This document shows, piece by piece, positions 61,273-64,000 of a DNA stretch of 64,000 nucleotides (positions are counted from its first letter, which is position 1; each line of letters opens with the position of its first letter). The DNA is from an uncultured Pseudomonadales bacterium. Its GTDB lineage: Bacteria; Patescibacteriota; Microgenomatia; UBA1400; PJMF01. Position numbers and translations under genes: made by a program. The notes beneath the pieces are model-generated. The model was not told the origin of the DNA and searched no databases. It saw only the letters and a list, made by a program, of their open reading frames with translations. The DNA is taken from NCBI GenBank assembly GCA_964633875.1, contig CAZWKL010000003.1, positions 7,849-71,848 on the forward strand. Reading direction: 5' to 3'.

Positions 61273-62118
61273 ATGCCAGAATTGCCCGAAGTTGAAACTA
61301 TTGTTCGCCGATTAGCCAGCTTAATCAAGGGCAAAAGCATCAACAAAATCAGCGTTTTAAGAGAGAAAAGTTTTGCCGGTGATCCAGAAAAAATTGCCGG
61401 TATGCCGATTGTGGCTGTTTCCCGCCGGGCTAAACTGATTCGTCTTCATTTGCCTGAAAATCATAATCTGCTGGTGCATCTGAAAATGACCGGCCAGCTG
61501 ATTTATCTTGACGAAACCCAAAAAATTGGTGGCGGTCATCCCACTGCTGATTGGGTGCAAGCACTGCCCTCTTCACATACCAGAATTGTTTTCGATCTTT
61601 CTGATAAGGCCACGCTGTACTTCAACGACATGCGGGTTTTTGGTTGGGTGAGGGCGCTTGATGATGAACAGGTCCAGCTTGAGTTTGATAAGTATGGCCC
61701 GGATATTGTGGACGATTCGGTGACGCTCGAGTATTTGCTGGAAAAGTTCAGCCGGACTGCCCGCCCGGTCAAGTTGGCCATTATGGATAACGCCATTGTG
61801 TCGGGAGTTGGCAACATTTATGCCAGCGACGCGCTCAATTTGGCTCAAATTAACCCGGCCAAACCGGCCAAAGATTTAGCCCCAGAGGAAGTGCAAAAGT
61901 TGTTAACAAGCAGTAAGTTTGTGATTAATTTAGGGATTGAGTCCGGCGGAGCGACCATTGATAATTACAAACATGTTGACGGTTTCTCCGGTTCTTATCA
62001 AGATAAAGTTTTGGCTTACGGGCGCGAAGGTGAAGAGTGTCAGCAGTGCGGCGGCACGATTGTAAGAGCCAAAATCGGTGGCCGCAGCGCCTTTTTTTGC
62101 CGGGATTGCCAGGTTTAA
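61273..62118 (+). CDS. mutM: Formamidopyrimidine-DNA glycosylase
   Basis: MPELPEVE, HLKMTG, GVGNIYA, C4 zinc finger. Confidence 0.95.
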   Translation: MPELPEVETIVRRLASLIKGKSINKISVLREKSFAGDPEKIAGMPIVAVSRRAKLIRLHLPENHNLLVHLKMTGQLIYLDETQKIGGGHPTADWVQALPSSHTRIVFDLSDKATLYFNDMRVFGWVRALDDEQVQLEFDKYGPDIVDDSVTLEYLLEKFSRTARPVKLAIMDNAIVSGVGNIYASDALNLAQINPAKPAKDLAPEEVQKLLTSSKFVINLGIESGGATIDNYKHVDGFSGSYQDKVLAYGREGEECQQCGGTIVRAKIGGRSAFFCRDCQV

Positions 62119-62139
62119 GATAACCGAGAGAATAAATAA

Positions 62140-63075
62140 CTACTGAAGATACTGCTGGACTTGAGCCACCGACTTAGCCAAAGCTTGCCTCTCAACCCAG
62201 CTCAGTTTAATTTCCAAAATCTCCTCTACCCCACTCCGGCCCACCACACAAGGAACACTCAGAGAAACGCCGTTGAAACCAAGATATTGATGCAGCGGAA
62301 TTGAAACCGGCAGCACGCTTCTTCTGTTGAGCAGGACCGCGCCCGTGATATGGGCAATGACCGAACCGATGGCGTAGTAGGTGGAGCCTTTGGAGGCAAT
62401 AATTTCGTAAGCGGCGTCACGGGCGCGCTCGTAAGCCTTGAGCGCTTTTTCCTGCGAAAACTTGGGCATAGACATCAGAGCCTGGCCGCCCACAGTGGCG
62501 CTGGAAATAACCGGAAAGGAACTATCACCGTGTTCACCCAAAATGTAAGCATGAATGCTCCTGGGGTTGATGTTCATGAACTCGGAAAGATGAAAGCGAA
62601 AACGGGAAGTGTCCAGAACGGTGCCGGTGCCAAAAATCCTGCCTTTGGGCAGGCCCGCAATTTGATAAGCCTTGTAGGTAAGCACGTCCACAGGATTAGT
62701 GACCATGATGATGATAGCGTTGGGTGAGTATTTAACCACTTGCGGAATAATTTCCTCAATAATGGCGGTGTTTTTTTTAGCCAAATCCAGCCTGGTTTCT
62801 CCTGGCTCCTGAGCGGCGCCGGCCGTAACGATGGCTACGTCCACCCCCTTAAGCTCCGCGTAATCATCCGCCGTGATGACTTGGGCAGAATGTAAAAAGC
62901 TCATGGCGTGCTCGAGGTCTAATTTTTCACCAAGCAACTTTTTTTTGGAGCGGCCGAACAGCATCAGCTCATGAACGAAATTGTGATGCAGAATAGCATA
63001 GGCGGCTGTCATGCCCACGCGCCCGCAGCCGATAATAGCGACTTTGTTGGTATCGGTTTTGAGCAGGGTTTGCAT
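62140..63075 (-). CDS. ldh: L-lactate dehydrogenase
   Basis: IIGCGRVG, AQEPGETRLDL (Gln specificity residue), LDTSR, GEHGDS. Confidence 0.9.
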   Translation of the reverse strand: MQTLLKTDTNKVAIIGCGRVGMTAAYAILHHNFVHELMLFGRSKKKLLGEKLDLEHAMSFLHSAQVITADDYAELKGVDVAIVTAGAAQEPGETRLDLAKKNTAIIEEIIPQVVKYSPNAIIIMVTNPVDVLTYKAYQIAGLPKGRIFGTGTVLDTSRFRFHLSEFMNINPRSIHAYILGEHGDSSFPVISSATVGGQALMSMPKFSQEKALKAYERARDAAYEIIASKGSTYYAIGSVIAHITGAVLLNRRSVLPVSIPLHQYLGFNGVSLSVPCVVGRSGVEEILEIKLSWVERQALAKSVAQVQQYLQ

Positions 63076-63079
63076 AATT

Positions 63080-64000
63080 TTATTCTCTCACTTTTCTATC
63101 TAGGAGTGCAAGCGACTTTCTAACAATAGCGTTGGCATCCACTTCATATTTAGCCATCAGTTCTCTTGATGTGCCTGATTCGCCGAAAGTATCTTGAGCA
63201 GCCACGAATTCGAGGGGAACGGGGAAATTTTGGGTGACAACTTCCGCGACTGCTGCTCCCAAACCGCCATATTTTTGGTGTTCTTCGGCAGTGACAATCC
63301 CGCCGGTTTCTTGGGCGGCCTTGATGATGGCGGCTTGGTCGATGGGTTTGATGGTGTGCATGTTAATTACTCTGGCGGCAATGCCGCGCGTACCAAGAAC
63401 ATCGGCGGCATCTATGGCTTGAGCCACCATACTGCCGATGGCGACGATGGTTAAATCCCGGCCTTCACGAAAAGTCAAAGCCTGGCCGATCTTAAACGGA
63501 GTGCGAGGATTGGTCAGGTTGAGTGACTGGTGCTTGCCGACCCTGATATAGCCCGGGCCGGGATTTTTGATCAGGGCCAAAATAGCTTTGCGGCTCTCTT
63601 CTTCGTCGGCGGGAGAAATAACGGTCATGTTGGGTAGAGTGCGCATAATAGCTAAATCTTCGAGCGCTTGATGAGTGGCGCCATCTTGAGAAGCGGAAAA
63701 ACCAGTGTGGCCGCCGGCAATGATCACCTGCAGGTTTGAGTAGCAGACGCTGGCTCTGAGGGGTCCCAAAGAATTGCCCGGACTAAAAACAGCAAAACTG
63801 CCGGTGACGGGAATTTTTCCGCGCAGCGCCAAACCGGCGGCCACGCCCATCATGTTTTCTTCCGCCACACCCATGGCAATGAATCTGTCCGGGAATTTTT
63901 CCTTAAATGCTTGCAAGCGCATGGAATCAGTGAGGTCGGCACTTAAAACCACCACTTGCGGATTTTCGGCGGCTTCCATCAAGCCACGGCCAAAACCATC
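63080..64000 (-). CDS. Transketolase C-terminal subunit (5' end outside window)
   Basis: GVAEENM, DGATHQALED, AEEHQKYGGLG. Confidence 0.9.
   Translation of the reverse strand, partial: DGFGRGLMEAAENPQVVVLSADLTDSMRLQAFKEKFPDRFIAMGVAEENMMGVAAGLALRGKIPVTGSFAVFSPGNSLGPLRASVCYSNLQVIIAGGHTGFSASQDGATHQALEDLAIMRTLPNMTVISPADEEESRKAILALIKNPGPGYIRVGKHQSLNLTNPRTPFKIGQALTFREGRDLTIVAIGSMVAQAIDAADVLGTRGIAARVINMHTIKPIDQAAIIKAAQETGGIVTAEEHQKYGGLGAAVAEVVTQNFPVPLEFVAAQDTFGESGTSRELMAKYEVDANAIVRKSLALLDRKVRE

Overview
Bacterial chromosome segment with the gene content and style of a Patescibacteria (CPR, Microgenomates-like) genome; the taxon is inferred from minimal fermentative metabolism, many apparently leaderless genes and short intergenic gaps. 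The core genes are cmk, hsp20 with a CIRCE operator, epmA-efp, eno, pyk, rpsU, proS, prs, secA, serS with a T-box leader, a lysS-HD fusion, greA, the atpBEFHAGDC operon, mutM, ldh and the transketolase C-subunit, plus six tRNAs. Two large serine recombinase (LSR) elements sit at the 3' ends of tRNA-Pro (~2.9 kb) and tRNA-His (~14.4 kb; carries an OLD-family nuclease, a type I R-M system with fused HsdM-HsdS, and a primase Zn-finger plus AAA helicase). The main finding is that in both elements the attachment core appears to lie inside the 3' end of the integrase gene. The integrated enzyme ends in antisense tRNA sequence, while an in-frame 47-50 residue C-terminal tail is stranded at the far end of the element and would be re-fused only on excision, a candidate built-in directionality switch. 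Other unexplained signals are an identical 89-bp inverted repeat 34 kb apart, 25-bp inverted repeats bracketing the OLD nuclease gene, two orphan membrane-protein genes behind hairpin+boxA structured leaders, and two candidate ncRNAs.
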